64,000 bases of DNA from Pseudothermotoga sp. (GTDB lineage: Bacteria; Thermotogota; Thermotogae; Thermotogales; DSM-5069). Location: NCBI GenBank assembly GCA_031962025.1, contig JAVRKW010000001.1; one strand, 5' to 3'. The notes under the pieces were generated by a model. It did no database searches. It had not been told where the DNA came from and saw only the letters and a list, made by a program, of their open reading frames with translations. Both the position numbers and the translations under genes were made by a program. Positions 40,743 to 51,663 of this stretch are shown in pieces; position 1 is the first letter of the stretch; the number at the start of each line of letters is the position of its first letter.

Positions 40743-41933
40743 TTACATATTAAATGCCCTTTTGAGTTCCGCAACGGCATCGAGGTTCTCCCAGGTGAAA
40801 TCTGGATCATTTCGACCAAAATGACCGTATGCTGCCGTTTTTTTGTAGATGGGCCTTCTGAGATTGAGCTTTTTTATTATAGCAAGAGGTCGAAAATCGA
40901 AGATCTGTGTTATCACATCTCTGAGTTTTACCTCATCAACCTTCGCCGTACCAAATGTGTCTATCATCAGCGAAACAGGTCTTGCCTTACCTATGGCATA
41001 AGCAACTTGCAGCATGAACTTATCTGCCAGACCAGCCGCAACAACGTTCTTTGCCACATAACGAGCCATGTAATGTGCTGATCTGTCAACTTTTGTTGGG
41101 TCCTTGCCGCTGAATGCCCCTCCTCCGTGTGGAATCCATCCACCGTATGTGTCAACGATTATCTTCCTGCCAGTCAATCCAGTATCGGCCGATGGTCCAC
41201 CAAGGACAAACCTTCCGGTTGGATTTACCAGTATCTTTACCTTATCGCTCCAGTACTGTTCCGGAATGGTCGGTTTTATAACATGTTCTGTGAGAGCATC
41301 CCTTAAATCGTTCATGCTGATATCTGGATCATGCTGGGCTGATATCAGCACTGTATCAACACGAACTGGTTTACCGTTTTCATCGTATTCTATAGTCACC
41401 TGAGTTTTTCCATCCGGTCTCAAAAATGGTACGATCTTTTCTTTTCTCACTTTTGCAAGCCTCATCGAAAGCTTGTGAGCCAGGATTATGGGTAATGGCA
41501 TGAATTCAGGCGTTTCGTTGGTTGCATAACCAAACATCATTCCCTGATCTCCGGCGCCAACTTTATCAAATTCGTCCTCATCGTTGTTTTTCTCTCTTGC
41601 TTCGAGTGCTTTGTTCACACCCATGGCAATATCGGGAGATTGGCTGTGTATTGAGGTGAAAACTCCACAGGTCTCGCCATCAAAACCGTACTTGGCACGT
41701 GTGTATCCAACTTCCAGAATAGTCTTTCTGACGATATCCTGGACATCCACATAAGCTTCTGTGGTGACTTCTCCTGCAACGACAGCTATACCAGTTGTTA
41801 CAAGCGTTTCAACGGCTACTCTTGCATCCGGGTCTTGTTCGATAATTGCATCTAAAATTGCATCTGAAATTTGGTCAGCCACTTTATCTGGGTGACCTTC
41901 GGTGACACTCTCGCTTGTGAAAAGCTTTTTCAT
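40743..41933 (-). CDS. metK: S-adenosylmethionine synthetase
   Basis: [25 protein letters not shown]. Confidence 0.99.
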   Translation of the reverse strand: MKKLFTSESVTEGHPDKVADQISDAILDAIIEQDPDARVAVETLVTTGIAVVAGEVTTEAYVDVQDIVRKTILEVGYTRAKYGFDGETCGVFTSIHSQSPDIAMGVNKALEAREKNNDEDEFDKVGAGDQGMMFGYATNETPEFMPLPIILAHKLSMRLAKVRKEKIVPFLRPDGKTQVTIEYDENGKPVRVDTVLISAQHDPDISMNDLRDALTEHVIKPTIPEQYWSDKVKILVNPTGRFVLGGPSADTGLTGRKIIVDTYGGWIPHGGGAFSGKDPTKVDRSAHYMARYVAKNVVAAGLADKFMLQVAYAIGKARPVSLMIDTFGTAKVDEVKLRDVITQIFDFRPLAIIKKLNLRRPIYKKTAAYGHFGRNDPDFTWENLDAVAELKRAFNM

Positions 41934-42289
41934 TTCTCCTCCTCCTTCTTTTTCTCAACCATCTTTTTCTCAACCATTTGATCGTATTCTTCCTTGGTAA
42001 CGAATTTTCCACCTTCAAGGCTGACAGTTCTGACTTTATACGAAGCTCCAAAAGAAGCCGTTAAGTGAATTTTATTCGGACACTTTGAACCAACGTAGAT
42101 TTTGTCTATTTTGTAAGGCGCTGATGCATTGTCATAATCATTTATGAAATCATAGCCTATTCTCAAATGACTTCTGAAATACTCACCGCACCGATCGCAT
42201 TTCAGATACACAACCAACAAGTTGCCTTCTTTATAAAATGGATTGTTCTGCAACTGTTGCTCGGTTTTTCTTTTTTTAAAAAACCACAT
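41930..42289 (-). CDS. Hypothetical protein with CxxC motif
   Basis: KCDRCGE...KCPNKIH; 5 nt from the upstream gene and overlapping the metK start. Confidence 0.75.
   Translation of the reverse strand: MWFFKKRKTEQQLQNNPFYKEGNLLVVYLKCDRCGEYFRSHLRIGYDFINDYDNASAPYKIDKIYVGSKCPNKIHLTASFGASYKVRTVSLEGGKFVTKEEYDQMVEKKMVEKKKEEEK
41948..41977. repeat. Perfect 15-bp tandem duplication (encodes MVEKK twice)
   Basis: CTTTTTCTCAACCAT at 41948-41962 and 41963-41977. Confidence 0.9.
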
Positions 42290-42294
42290 GATTT

Positions 42295-43272
42295 CTACCT
42301 TCTTTCAATCACAAATTTAACCACAAACTCATCATTCCATATATCGGTGCAAACGATTTTAACATTTACTCTTGAAGGTAGCCTTCCCATTTCGGCGAAC
42401 CTGTTTGTTTTTACAACTGCAGTTCCCTGATCTGGATAAAGTTTGTACCACGCTTTGTAACTGTAACCATCGGAAACAGAATCGTTTGTATAAACGCTCC
42501 AGACATTGTTGAATTCATCCAATGGTATCTCGCCAAGATTAATATCATACACAAGATTTTCATTCAAATACATTTTCAAATTCTTCAGACCAATTACATT
42601 TTTGTTAAGTATTGTTCTTGCGTTTATTGCTATCTTGGGATATGCATCTTTGAATTGGTAGACTCCACCTTCTGTGTAATTATAGGTCTTGGAATCGATT
42701 ATCAGTGAATCGACGGAAAATGTGATATCTTTTGGTTTTGGAAAATTTATGAAAGAAGCTGGATCATAGCAGATCGATTCGTCTGCATTGCGAATTTCAA
42801 AGTGACAGTGCGGTTGAGCCGCTTCGCCTGTCTGACCTGAATAACCAATTGGCTCACCGGATTTGAAAAAGAATGTTTTTTTGGGGAAGTTCACCACAAT
42901 TCGTTTTTTCCCGAATTCTGAAACAACGGAATTGACTATGACATCGAGCTTTGATGAGAACTTGCTCAGATGGGCATAGAGTGTTCGAAAGCCATCTTCA
43001 TGTTCCAACACCACAACATTACCGTATATATCATCGTCATCGATTTCGATTCTGACAAGCCATCCATCGGCTGCTGCAAGTATGGGCACACCGCTTCTCA
43101 TATTGGTGGACAGGTCAATTCCCATGTGAAAATGTGGTCCTCTGTTTCCACTGCCTCTGAACTCTCCAAAACTCGATGTGACAAGAGCTGTACCCGCAAC
43201 CGGTGAAATGAAATTAACTGCGTGCACAAAAATGGCTATGAGTGAAAAGAACAAAACTACGTGCTTTTTCAC
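42295..43272 (-). CDS. M23 family metallopeptidase
   Basis: Signal peptide, HMGIDL, YGN...TLYAHLS, GYSGQTG...PHCHFEIR. Confidence 0.9.
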   Translation of the reverse strand: MKKHVVLFFSLIAIFVHAVNFISPVAGTALVTSSFGEFRGSGNRGPHFHMGIDLSTNMRSGVPILAAADGWLVRIEIDDDDIYGNVVVLEHEDGFRTLYAHLSKFSSKLDVIVNSVVSEFGKKRIVVNFPKKTFFFKSGEPIGYSGQTGEAAQPHCHFEIRNADESICYDPASFINFPKPKDITFSVDSLIIDSKTYNYTEGGVYQFKDAYPKIAINARTILNKNVIGLKNLKMYLNENLVYDINLGEIPLDEFNNVWSVYTNDSVSDGYSYKAWYKLYPDQGTAVVKTNRFAEMGRLPSRVNVKIVCTDIWNDEFVVKFVIERR

Positions 43273-44531
43273 AGATTCATCCCTCCTGCGATCTGTTTCA
43301 AGCGCTGTAAGACACCAAACCGCGCCTTGATTCGAACCGTTACCGTGTCATTTTGGTAAATCTGTTCAGTAATAGTTATCTTCTCCTGTTCTTTCATCAG
43401 CAAAGGCAAATCTTCAAGTTTAACCGTAAATAAATCTTCGCATTCATTCTTTTCGATTTCTTCGCAAACACGTTTCAAAAGTTCCTGAATACCTGTTCCT
43501 TGCAAAGCGCTTATGAACATAGCCTGTGGATAAACAACAGACAGATTCTGCAATGTGGCAAAAGAGATTCTATCGATTTTGTTGAAAACCAAAATACGCG
43601 GGATGGATTGCGCCCCAAGTTCTTCCAGCACAAGCAAAGAAGACTTGAGTTTTTCGTTGAAATTCTCGTCTGATACATCCGCAACGACCAATAAGAGATC
43701 TGAGAAAAGCACTTCTTCAAGTGTCGATTTGAAAGCCTTGATAAGGGTATGAGGAACATTTCTTATGAAACCAACTGTGTCTTTGAAAAGAGCCACTCTG
43801 CCTGTTGGTAACTTGACCCTTCTTATCACGGGTGCCAGAGTGCTGAAAAGTTTATCTGCAACGAGAATGTCATCGCCGCTCAGCACTCTTAAAAGGCTCG
43901 ATTTTCCTGCGTTAGTGTATCCAACAACAGAGATCATCGGAAGATCACTTTTCAATCTTAATTTTCTCTGCTGGGTCCTGTTTTTTTCTATTTGAGCCAG
44001 TCGCTGCTCTATGATTTTTATCCTTTCACGTATTTTTCGCCTTTTTTCTTCTATCTCCTGCTCACCAGGTCCTCTTGTCCCTATACCTCCACCCAGTCTG
44101 GAAAGCTCCTTGCCTTTTCCAACTAACCTTGGCAGTTCGTATTGCAATCTTGCCAACTCCACCTGCAATTTTCCTTCCTCGGTTGTTGCATGATGTGCAA
44201 AAATGTCAAGTATTATCTGTGTCCTGTCCTTCACAGTGACATTGAGTGCTTTTTCTAAGTTTTTAGCATGCAAAGGAGTTATTTCATCGTCAATTACAAC
44301 AAGGCGCGCATCGATCAAATTTACCAGTTCTCTGAGTTTTTCTACCTTGCCAGGTCCAAGATAATAACGTGCATCTGGCTCGGTCCTTTTTTGATAAATT
44401 ACTTCTGCGACCTTTATACCAAGTGTATTCAAAAGCTCCTGAAGTTCCTCAATAGATGAGTAATCTTCCTTTATCGTTACGACAATTGCACTGATGGATT
44501 TGAATTCTTTACTGCTTTGAATCACTTTCAA
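43269..44531 (-). CDS. hflX: GTPase HflX
   Basis: GTRGPGE, GYTNAGKS, DTVGFI, NKID. Confidence 0.96.
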   Translation of the reverse strand: MKVIQSSKEFKSISAIVVTIKEDYSSIEELQELLNTLGIKVAEVIYQKRTEPDARYYLGPGKVEKLRELVNLIDARLVVIDDEITPLHAKNLEKALNVTVKDRTQIILDIFAHHATTEEGKLQVELARLQYELPRLVGKGKELSRLGGGIGTRGPGEQEIEEKRRKIRERIKIIEQRLAQIEKNRTQQRKLRLKSDLPMISVVGYTNAGKSSLLRVLSGDDILVADKLFSTLAPVIRRVKLPTGRVALFKDTVGFIRNVPHTLIKAFKSTLEEVLFSDLLLVVADVSDENFNEKLKSSLLVLEELGAQSIPRILVFNKIDRISFATLQNLSVVYPQAMFISALQGTGIQELLKRVCEEIEKNECEDLFTVKLEDLPLLMKEQEKITITEQIYQNDTVTVRIKARFGVLQRLKQIAGGMNL

Positions 44532-44784
44532 CTTGACCTTCCTGCTGTTCTTCCTTTTGTTCAGTTTTCATGAGCATCACAAAGCTCGATGGCATGATAG
44601 TGCTTATAGCGTGTTTGTAGATCAGGTTCTGCTGATTTTCGTTCTCCAGCAGAATCGTGTAGCTGTCAAAAGAACGAATAATACCTTTGGTTTGAAAACC
44701 ATTGACCAGATAAACCTTTACTTCGATCTTACCCACCCTCAGTGCGTTCAAAAATCTGTCTTGAAGGTTGAATTTTTCAACCAT
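44509..44784 (-). CDS. hfq: RNA chaperone Hfq
   Basis: LQDRFLN, YLVNG, YKHAISTI. Confidence 0.97.
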   Translation of the reverse strand: MVEKFNLQDRFLNALRVGKIEVKVYLVNGFQTKGIIRSFDSYTILLENENQQNLIYKHAISTIMPSSFVMLMKTEQKEEQQEGQVESDSKQ

Positions 44785-44785
44785 T

Positions 44786-45715
44786 TTAAAACCCCCCATC
44801 AAAAGTTAGATCGCGCTGTACTTCATCCAGCACGATTTGTGATATTGTTTTCACAACATCTTCTTTTTCAGAAAGATTCAAAACCAGCGCATCTGTGTAC
44901 CTTCGAAACCAGATCAATTGTCTTCTGGCAAAGTGTCTGGTGTTCTTTTTTATTTTCTCAATCATTGACTGATAATCTACCTTTCCTTCAATATATTCTA
45001 TCACTTCTTGATAGCCGATTGTTTTCATCGAATTCAGTTCTTTTTTATATCCCTTTCTTAAGAGTTCTTCAACCTCATCGACCAGTCCAATTTTTATCAT
45101 CTTTTCAACTCTAAGATTGATTCTATCATAAAGTTCATTTCTATCTCGATTCAAAATTATCACAGTGAACTTACCTGCGGGAGAAATCTTTTTCTGAAGT
45201 TCGGAAAATTTTCTACCGGACTTCAGGCAAACCTCGAGTGCCCTGATAGTTCTTTTTAAATCATTCCTGTGGATCTTTGAAGCAGCCTGTGGATCATATT
45301 GTTCCAGTAGTTTTCTCAAAGAGCCAGCATTTTCTTTTTCCAGTTGCAACAGTTCAGAGCGAAGCTGTTCGTCTTTTGGAAATCCATCGAAGATGCCTCT
45401 GACCAGAGAATCAATGTACAGACCAGTTCCTCCAACAAAGATTGGAACTTTTCCCTGATTGATGATCTCTTTAGCCGCTTTGATGGCATCGATTCTGAAT
45501 TGGTAGACACTGTAATATTCATCTGGTTCGACTATGTCAATGAGATGGTGCTTAACCAGTTTTCTTTCTTCATTTGTTGGTTTGGCTGTGCCGATATCCA
45601 TGAATTTGTAGATCTGTCTGGAATCTACTGATATGATCTGTCCATCGATATTCTGGCATACTTTTATGGCAATCTCTGTTTTTCCAACAGCCGTTGGACC
45701 GGCGATGATAATCAT
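44786..45715 (-). CDS. miaA: tRNA dimethylallyltransferase
   Basis: GPTAVGKT, DSRQIY..MDIGTAKP, GGTGLY, FARRQLIWF. Confidence 0.97.
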   Translation of the reverse strand: MIIIAGPTAVGKTEIAIKVCQNIDGQIISVDSRQIYKFMDIGTAKPTNEERKLVKHHLIDIVEPDEYYSVYQFRIDAIKAAKEIINQGKVPIFVGGTGLYIDSLVRGIFDGFPKDEQLRSELLQLEKENAGSLRKLLEQYDPQAASKIHRNDLKRTIRALEVCLKSGRKFSELQKKISPAGKFTVIILNRDRNELYDRINLRVEKMIKIGLVDEVEELLRKGYKKELNSMKTIGYQEVIEYIEGKVDYQSMIEKIKKNTRHFARRQLIWFRRYTDALVLNLSEKEDVVKTISQIVLDEVQRDLTFDGGF

Positions 45716-46482
45716 TTTTTCTCTATCACTCCGTAAAACACCTGACTTTTTCTACTGCCAAAGATTTTATCAACTGCTATGCGTTTGAAAAGGCTGTCCT
45801 TAGCGTGTGCCTTCAGAACGACTTTTTTCTTTGCTACCCTGAGCATCTGTTCAATGTCGTCGATATCTACGGTGTCGTAGATCGCAAACGGTCTGAGCGG
45901 ATTCATAGAAGATGACTCTAAAATAGGGTTCTCAAACATTGGATCGCAATAGACAATATCATACGATCCTTCAGAACAGGATCTCAAAAATTTTTTGAAA
46001 TCGGCATGCAGTATCTGTATTTTTTTCATCGCGCTGTTAATCCAGTTTTCCTTTGCCCTGTAGTTTTCCAACCCGTCTCGAACAACGACAAAGATCGGTG
46101 TTGATCCTTCAACTCCCACCACTTTTCCACGGCTGAGAAAAGCAGCCATCAAAATTGCTTCACTACCAAGTCCAAGGGTTGTATCGAGTATGACTTCATC
46201 TCCCGTCAGTTGCAGGCATTCTATCAGATGATCTTTCAATCCATTTTTTATGTTTTTCATCCTCACCTTTGCCATTGATGGATGAAAGAAGAATTCGCCG
46301 TGGTCGGATTTAACGGCAATTCTGCTTTTTTCAACCACATAACAGTATTCTTTCTGTATCATTGAATGGATGTTTGGATAATCCTTTCTTGGCAGATAGG
46401 GTATCTTCAATTCATCTGCGAGTTTCTTGGCTTTTTGAATCTGTTCTTCATTGGGATCGTGTGAAGTGGTGACGAATATCAC
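45712..46482 (-). CDS. Class I SAM-dependent methyltransferase (RsmJ-like)
   Basis: LDTTLGLGSE, DIVYCDPMF. Confidence 0.85.
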   Translation of the reverse strand: MIFVTTSHDPNEEQIQKAKKLADELKIPYLPRKDYPNIHSMIQKEYCYVVEKSRIAVKSDHGEFFFHPSMAKVRMKNIKNGLKDHLIECLQLTGDEVILDTTLGLGSEAILMAAFLSRGKVVGVEGSTPIFVVVRDGLENYRAKENWINSAMKKIQILHADFKKFLRSCSEGSYDIVYCDPMFENPILESSSMNPLRPFAIYDTVDIDDIEQMLRVAKKKVVLKAHAKDSLFKRIAVDKIFGSRKSQVFYGVIEKK

Positions 46483-46733
46483 TTTGCTCTGTTCACTCCT
46501 TCTATGGTGTTTTTACTCTGTTCGAGTTCTTTGATTTTCACCAGCAAATTTTCATACATCAACTTGAGCTGTTGATTCTTTCTCAAACATTGCTGGTATC
46601 TTATGTAAGAAACTGTGAAAATAAAACATATAAAACACAGAACAATTACGACGAGAATTTTGAATGTGTGGTGATTGACTTTTCTATGGCGTTTGAGATA
46701 GTTGACTTTTGTATTTATGCTCAAAAGAACCAC
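46479..46733 (-). CDS. Small bitopic membrane protein with coiled coil (FtsL/DivIC-like architecture)
   Basis: Basic N-terminus, one TM helix, leucine-zipper-like tail; fills the operon gap. Confidence 0.55.
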   Translation of the reverse strand: MVLLSINTKVNYLKRHRKVNHHTFKILVVIVLCFICFIFTVSYIRYQQCLRKNQQLKLMYENLLVKIKELEQSKNTIEGVNRAK

Positions 46734-46739
46734 CTTGCC

Positions 46740-48971
46740 TTATTTCAAACCTGTGCGTGCCACACCCCTTATGAAATACTTTTGGGTGAACAGGAACAAC
46801 ACAACTATTGGCAGAATAGAAAAAGTAGCTGCTGCCATCAATTGATTATACACGGTTCCCACATCTGTACTGAAGGTCTGAAGCCCAACTGGCAAGGTTC
46901 TGTATTTGTCTTTGTTGGTGACTATCAGCACCCACAGGAAGGCGTTCCAGCTTCCGACGAACTTCAGAAGAGCACTGGTGATTATCGTTGGCTTTGAAAG
47001 TGGTGCAACCACAGCCCAGAGAAACCTGAAATGAGAACAACCATCTATCATGGCTGCATCTTTCAGTTCAGATGGAAGTGTCATGAAATGCTGCCGCATC
47101 AAAAATATCGCAAAGACACTCACAATCCATGGCACTATCAGAGCATAGTAAGTGTCGATCCATCCGAGTTTCGATATCGTTATGAAATTCGGTACCAGCA
47201 GCACTTCGCCGGGTATCATCATCGTTCCTAAAAACAGTGCAAAGATAAAATTTTTCCCGGCAAATCTCATGATGGCAAATGCATAGGCAGCCATAGCGGC
47301 AAAAATGACCTCTAAGACCGTGGTGACTATAGACACAAAAGCCGTGTTCACATAGTAAATGCCAAATGGTGCACTCTTCCAAGCCATGACGTAGTTTTGA
47401 AATACATTCGCAAAAACCTCTTTTGGAGTGTAATCAACATGTACGGAATAGTTCTCATCTTCAAGATAAACCGGATGAACATCGTTGAGTTCTATTTCGA
47501 TATTCTGATTTCTGTTCAGTCTGATGTTCTTCACAAAGTGTGGAGCCTGTACTATCTTCATAGAGCTCTGGCTTTGATTGTAGATTCTTCTCAATTCTGA
47601 AACAGCCTGAATGTTTTCATAAACCTGAGTCAATAACTGCCAGAACATTTCTGAGTCTTGAATGACATTTGACAGATCTTTGAGCTTTTCAATGGCAATC
47701 TGTGCAGACTGGCTCATATTAGATGATTCCATCAATTTTTGAATCATCATGTCAAAAGACTGAAACTGCGAAAGATCATTCGTCAGTAAACTGGATAACG
47801 TTGAAAGTGGTTGTTTTAACTGTTGGATATAAGTTCGCAGATTGTCTACATGCGCAGTCTCAAAACGCCTGAACAATTCCTCATCCAGGGCTTTGTCGAC
47901 TCTTTCCGGCAACGAATCTGTATGGCTGAGCTCGCTTTTGATGACATTATCAATTCTCTGAGAAAAGTTCATCTGAGAGAGTTGTTCAAAGATGATCTTG
48001 TCTTTTTCTGTATTGCTCAAAAATTTGAATACGATCTTATCATCTTTTGTTTTTTGAGTTTGAATCGATTTGAAGTATTTATTGACAAAAACATAGGTAT
48101 CCAGTACATTGACCAAATTCTGGAAAGGCTGAACAATTCTATTTGTGTATAACTGTACTACTGGTGTGTTTTTCAATTCTTCACTTAAAGATTCTGGTGA
48201 GATTTGTTCGATGCATCTAATGATATTTTCCCTTATAACTTTTATTTCCTCATCCTGCAGCAATGCAACTGTGCCTTTTTTGAAAACCGATATGTAAGAT
48301 AGTGTGTCGGTTATCGTCTTTTTTGCGTTGGATATGAACGATAGATAATTGTCCCTTTCATTCTCTGAAATTCTATTGGCATATCTTTGGAATGTTTCCA
48401 GCTGATTTAAAGAACTGTTCATTACCTGTTCGACATCCGACACATAGTTTCTGCGATCTAAAAGCGCAGAAGGACCGTGTTGATAGAGCACAAAAAAGTT
48501 CGAGAAAAATTCTTCGGCACTATCGGATGATCTTGCCAGGTCTAACAACTGCTTGTTCTGAGTTACATTACCCAATTGTTCCACAAATTCATCGAAACTC
48601 TCTTTATCGAGTTTTCCCTCAAGATAGCTGAATTTTTCCCCAAGAGTTATTGTTATCGTTCCTCGGTAAACTGGATCATCGTCTATTTGAAGAGAAAGTA
48701 CGCTGGCTGATTGCTGGGACTCTCTGAGTGTCAGCGCCTCTCTCAAAGTCAATCCTCTCCAGTCAATTCCCCCGGCAGAACTCCTCGATACTTTCACTTT
48801 CATATTCCAAAATCTGGAAAAATTCTTCGAGCCCCATTGTGGTGGCCATTTTTCCACTTCACTTCTGGCTTTGAAAGAAGTCGAAACCATCCAGGCAAAA
48901 GGCAGTAACATCAGTACGGCACCACAGGCGACCAAAAGATAAATGAAAATTGAAGAGAGAAATTTCTTCAT
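46740..48971 (-). CDS. Carbohydrate ABC transporter permease (MalG-type) with very large insertion
   Basis: LPFAWMVSTSFK...PP at the N-terminus; NY..AW, ELKDAAMIDG (EAA), QKYFIRGV at the C-terminus; about 480 aa between. Confidence 0.9.
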   Translation of the reverse strand: MKKFLSSIFIYLLVACGAVLMLLPFAWMVSTSFKARSEVEKWPPQWGSKNFSRFWNMKVKVSRSSAGGIDWRGLTLREALTLRESQQSASVLSLQIDDDPVYRGTITITLGEKFSYLEGKLDKESFDEFVEQLGNVTQNKQLLDLARSSDSAEEFFSNFFVLYQHGPSALLDRRNYVSDVEQVMNSSLNQLETFQRYANRISENERDNYLSFISNAKKTITDTLSYISVFKKGTVALLQDEEIKVIRENIIRCIEQISPESLSEELKNTPVVQLYTNRIVQPFQNLVNVLDTYVFVNKYFKSIQTQKTKDDKIVFKFLSNTEKDKIIFEQLSQMNFSQRIDNVIKSELSHTDSLPERVDKALDEELFRRFETAHVDNLRTYIQQLKQPLSTLSSLLTNDLSQFQSFDMMIQKLMESSNMSQSAQIAIEKLKDLSNVIQDSEMFWQLLTQVYENIQAVSELRRIYNQSQSSMKIVQAPHFVKNIRLNRNQNIEIELNDVHPVYLEDENYSVHVDYTPKEVFANVFQNYVMAWKSAPFGIYYVNTAFVSIVTTVLEVIFAAMAAYAFAIMRFAGKNFIFALFLGTMMIPGEVLLVPNFITISKLGWIDTYYALIVPWIVSVFAIFLMRQHFMTLPSELKDAAMIDGCSHFRFLWAVVAPLSKPTIITSALLKFVGSWNAFLWVLIVTNKDKYRTLPVGLQTFSTDVGTVYNQLMAAATFSILPIVVLFLFTQKYFIRGVARTGLK

Positions 48972-48981
48972 ACCCTTCACC

Positions 48982-50232
48982 TCATGAAATATACTCAACT
49001 GTTTTGCGACCGAGCCAGAATTGCAGACCAGTGAAGATCAAAATGATTGCAAACAATATGTACGCTGCGGCACAGGCTATACCCATCCTCTGCTGGACGT
49101 AAAATCTGTCAAAAACGTAATAGACCATAGTCATTCCACTGTTGTTATAAGGACCAGGAAGTCCACTGTACAGAACATATATCTCGGTGAAAACTTTGAA
49201 GGAACTTATCAGCGAAACAACCAGTAAAAAGAAGGTAGTCGGTGTGAGCAGGGGCCAGGTTATGTGAGCAAATCTATCCCAAGCTGTGGCACCGTCAACC
49301 TGTGCAGCTTCATAATAGGACTTATCTATGTTCTGAAGACCAGCAAGCAATATCACCGCATCATATCCAACTGTTTTCCAGATCGAAACAATTGCTATAG
49401 TTGGTATGGTCCAGCGCTCGTCTTTAAGCCATGCTATCTTGCCTATTTTGAGAAAAGAGAGCAGATAATTCAACAACCCGTATGCATCATCGAAGATCCA
49501 GCGCCAGACAAGGGATATAGCGACGACAGAAGTCACAAACGGAATGAAATATGCCGTTCTAAAAAATGCCCTCAGTTTTATATTGCTGTTGAGTAGCAGG
49601 GCTATAACCAGAGCAATGGCAATTGTTGTTGGCACGCTCAAAACAACATAGTAGAGTGTATTGTAAATAGCTTTTATGAAAAGATTTTTATCACGGCTTT
49701 CGAGAAAGAAATTCACAATAGTGTAGATTCTCTTATCTAAAAAAATCCACAGAATGACCAAAAAGACCGCTGTCAAGCCAATACTGGTTGCGTGCCTTGA
49801 AACAACTTGATTGTTTTTGAGTATGAGAAAACTCAAAACTACCAAGATAACTGAAAAAATCAAAAAGATCAGATAGTTGTTTGCAAACCAGATACAAAAA
49901 GCAGAAATTAAAAGTATAAAGATGGAGAGATATGGTTTTTTTACAGCACTGTAGATTGAAATGGTGATTGCAAAACACACACAGACAACGAGCAATGTTT
50001 CAATCAAAGAGTACACAAATCCATGTGATGGTGGACTTTGAAACCGAAAAATCTCCGCGTAATTTTCAATACCTGCGAAAACAGGGTTTTTCATGTTTTT
50101 GAAATCCCATCTGAAAAAGCTCAGTACGAACGAAAAGCCCAATGGCCAGAATACAAAAGTGCCCAGTATCAGAAAAGAAGGCGCCAAAAAAAGATACGCC
50201 AATAGAGTTTCTCTTGCTTTCCTTTTCATCAC
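48982..50232 (-). CDS. Carbohydrate ABC transporter permease (MalF-type) with extra TM segment
   Basis: YLFLAP, GIENY, LAGLQNIDKSYYEAAQVDGA, ITWPLLTP. Confidence 0.92.
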   Translation of the reverse strand: MMKRKARETLLAYLFLAPSFLILGTFVFWPLGFSFVLSFFRWDFKNMKNPVFAGIENYAEIFRFQSPPSHGFVYSLIETLLVVCVCFAITISIYSAVKKPYLSIFILLISAFCIWFANNYLIFLIFSVILVVLSFLILKNNQVVSRHATSIGLTAVFLVILWIFLDKRIYTIVNFFLESRDKNLFIKAIYNTLYYVVLSVPTTIAIALVIALLLNSNIKLRAFFRTAYFIPFVTSVVAISLVWRWIFDDAYGLLNYLLSFLKIGKIAWLKDERWTIPTIAIVSIWKTVGYDAVILLAGLQNIDKSYYEAAQVDGATAWDRFAHITWPLLTPTTFFLLVVSLISSFKVFTEIYVLYSGLPGPYNNSGMTMVYYVFDRFYVQQRMGIACAAAYILFAIILIFTGLQFWLGRKTVEYIS

Positions 50233-50263
50233 CGGTACTTTTCCCCTTTCCAGTAAAGGGTTT

Positions 50264-51649
50264 TCAGAGAATGTAAGAGCTCACATCTTCATCTGCAATT
50301 ATAGCTGCGAGTTTTTCTTTGACATACGCCGCGTCTATGATGACCTTCTTATCTGGTAAATCTGGTGCTTCATACGCAATGTCCTCGAGTATCTTCTCAA
50401 CCACCGTGTAAAGTCTTCGTGCACCTATGTTTTCAAGTCTCTGGTTTAGATCGTATGCGATTTTTGCTATTTCTTCGACTCCCTGCTGGGTGAAAACCAA
50501 TTCAACACCTTCTGTCGATAACAGAGCCTGGTATTGTTTTGTTATGGCGTTCTCTGGTTCTGTGAGAATTCTGACAAAATCCTCACGCGTGAGCGAGGTC
50601 AGTTCAACTCTTATTGGAAAACGACCCTGCAGTTCTGGTATGAGATCAGAAGGTTTACTCATGTGGAAAGCACCGGAGCCAATGAAAAGAATGTAATCTG
50701 TCTTCACTGGTCCGTATTTTGTCATTATCGTAGTACCCTCAACGATGGGAAGCAGGTCTCTTTGTACACCCTGCCTGGATACATCTGGTCCTGCACCGGC
50801 AGATTTGACCGCAATCTTGTCCAGTTCGTCTATGAAGATAATCCCGCGGTTTTGTGCTCTGTCAATTGCTTCCTGAGTAGCTTTGTCCATGTCTATCAAT
50901 TTTTCAGCTTCGATTGGAAACAAAACCTTTCTGGCTTCTGACACTGTCATTCGTTTTTTTTGCTTGGTTTTTGGCATGATGTTACCGAGCATGCTGCTCA
51001 AGTCAATACCGAGGTCTTCCAGTTCCCCTTGTCCCAGAACACCCATGAACGGTGAAAGTTCTTTTTCAATCTCTATCTCTATAAACTCGTTTTCCAGCTC
51101 GCCACTTCGGAGTTTTTGACGCATTTCCTCACGCTTTTGCCTTAGAGTTCTTCTTTCTTCAGGTGATGGTTGTTGTTGCTGTGGGTTACCAAATATTCCC
51201 ATTATACTTATGCCTTGAGGTTTTTTTGTTTCAGGAACAAGGGCATCGAGAATTCTTTCTTCAACCATCGATTCCGCTTTCTCTTTGACCTGCTCCATTC
51301 GTTCTTTTTTTACCATATTCACACTTATTTCGACAAGGTCTCTTATCATCGAATCGACATTCTTACCGACATATCCAACTTCTGTGAAGCGTGTTGCCTC
51401 AACTTTCAAAAAAGGTGATCCGGAAAGCTGTGCCAGTCTTCGCGCAATCTCGGTTTTACCAACACCAGTTGGTCCTATCATCAGGATATTCTTTGGAAGA
51501 ACCTCTTTTTGCCAGTTTTCAGGTAATTTCTGCCTGCGAATCCTGTTTCTGATCGCTATTGCAACGGCTTTTTTTGCCTGATGCTGTCCTATTATGTATC
51601 TGTCGAGCTCTTTAACAATCTGCTTTGGTGTCAATTCATCAAAATTCAT
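50264..51649 (-). CDS. hslU: ATP-dependent protease ATPase subunit HslU
   Basis: [37 protein letters not shown]. Confidence 0.98.
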   Translation of the reverse strand: MNFDELTPKQIVKELDRYIIGQHQAKKAVAIAIRNRIRRQKLPENWQKEVLPKNILMIGPTGVGKTEIARRLAQLSGSPFLKVEATRFTEVGYVGKNVDSMIRDLVEISVNMVKKERMEQVKEKAESMVEERILDALVPETKKPQGISIMGIFGNPQQQQPSPEERRTLRQKREEMRQKLRSGELENEFIEIEIEKELSPFMGVLGQGELEDLGIDLSSMLGNIMPKTKQKKRMTVSEARKVLFPIEAEKLIDMDKATQEAIDRAQNRGIIFIDELDKIAVKSAGAGPDVSRQGVQRDLLPIVEGTTIMTKYGPVKTDYILFIGSGAFHMSKPSDLIPELQGRFPIRVELTSLTREDFVRILTEPENAITKQYQALLSTEGVELVFTQQGVEEIAKIAYDLNQRLENIGARRLYTVVEKILEDIAYEAPDLPDKKVIIDAAYVKEKLAAIIADEDVSSYIL

Positions 51650-51663
51650 CTTCTATCACTCCT

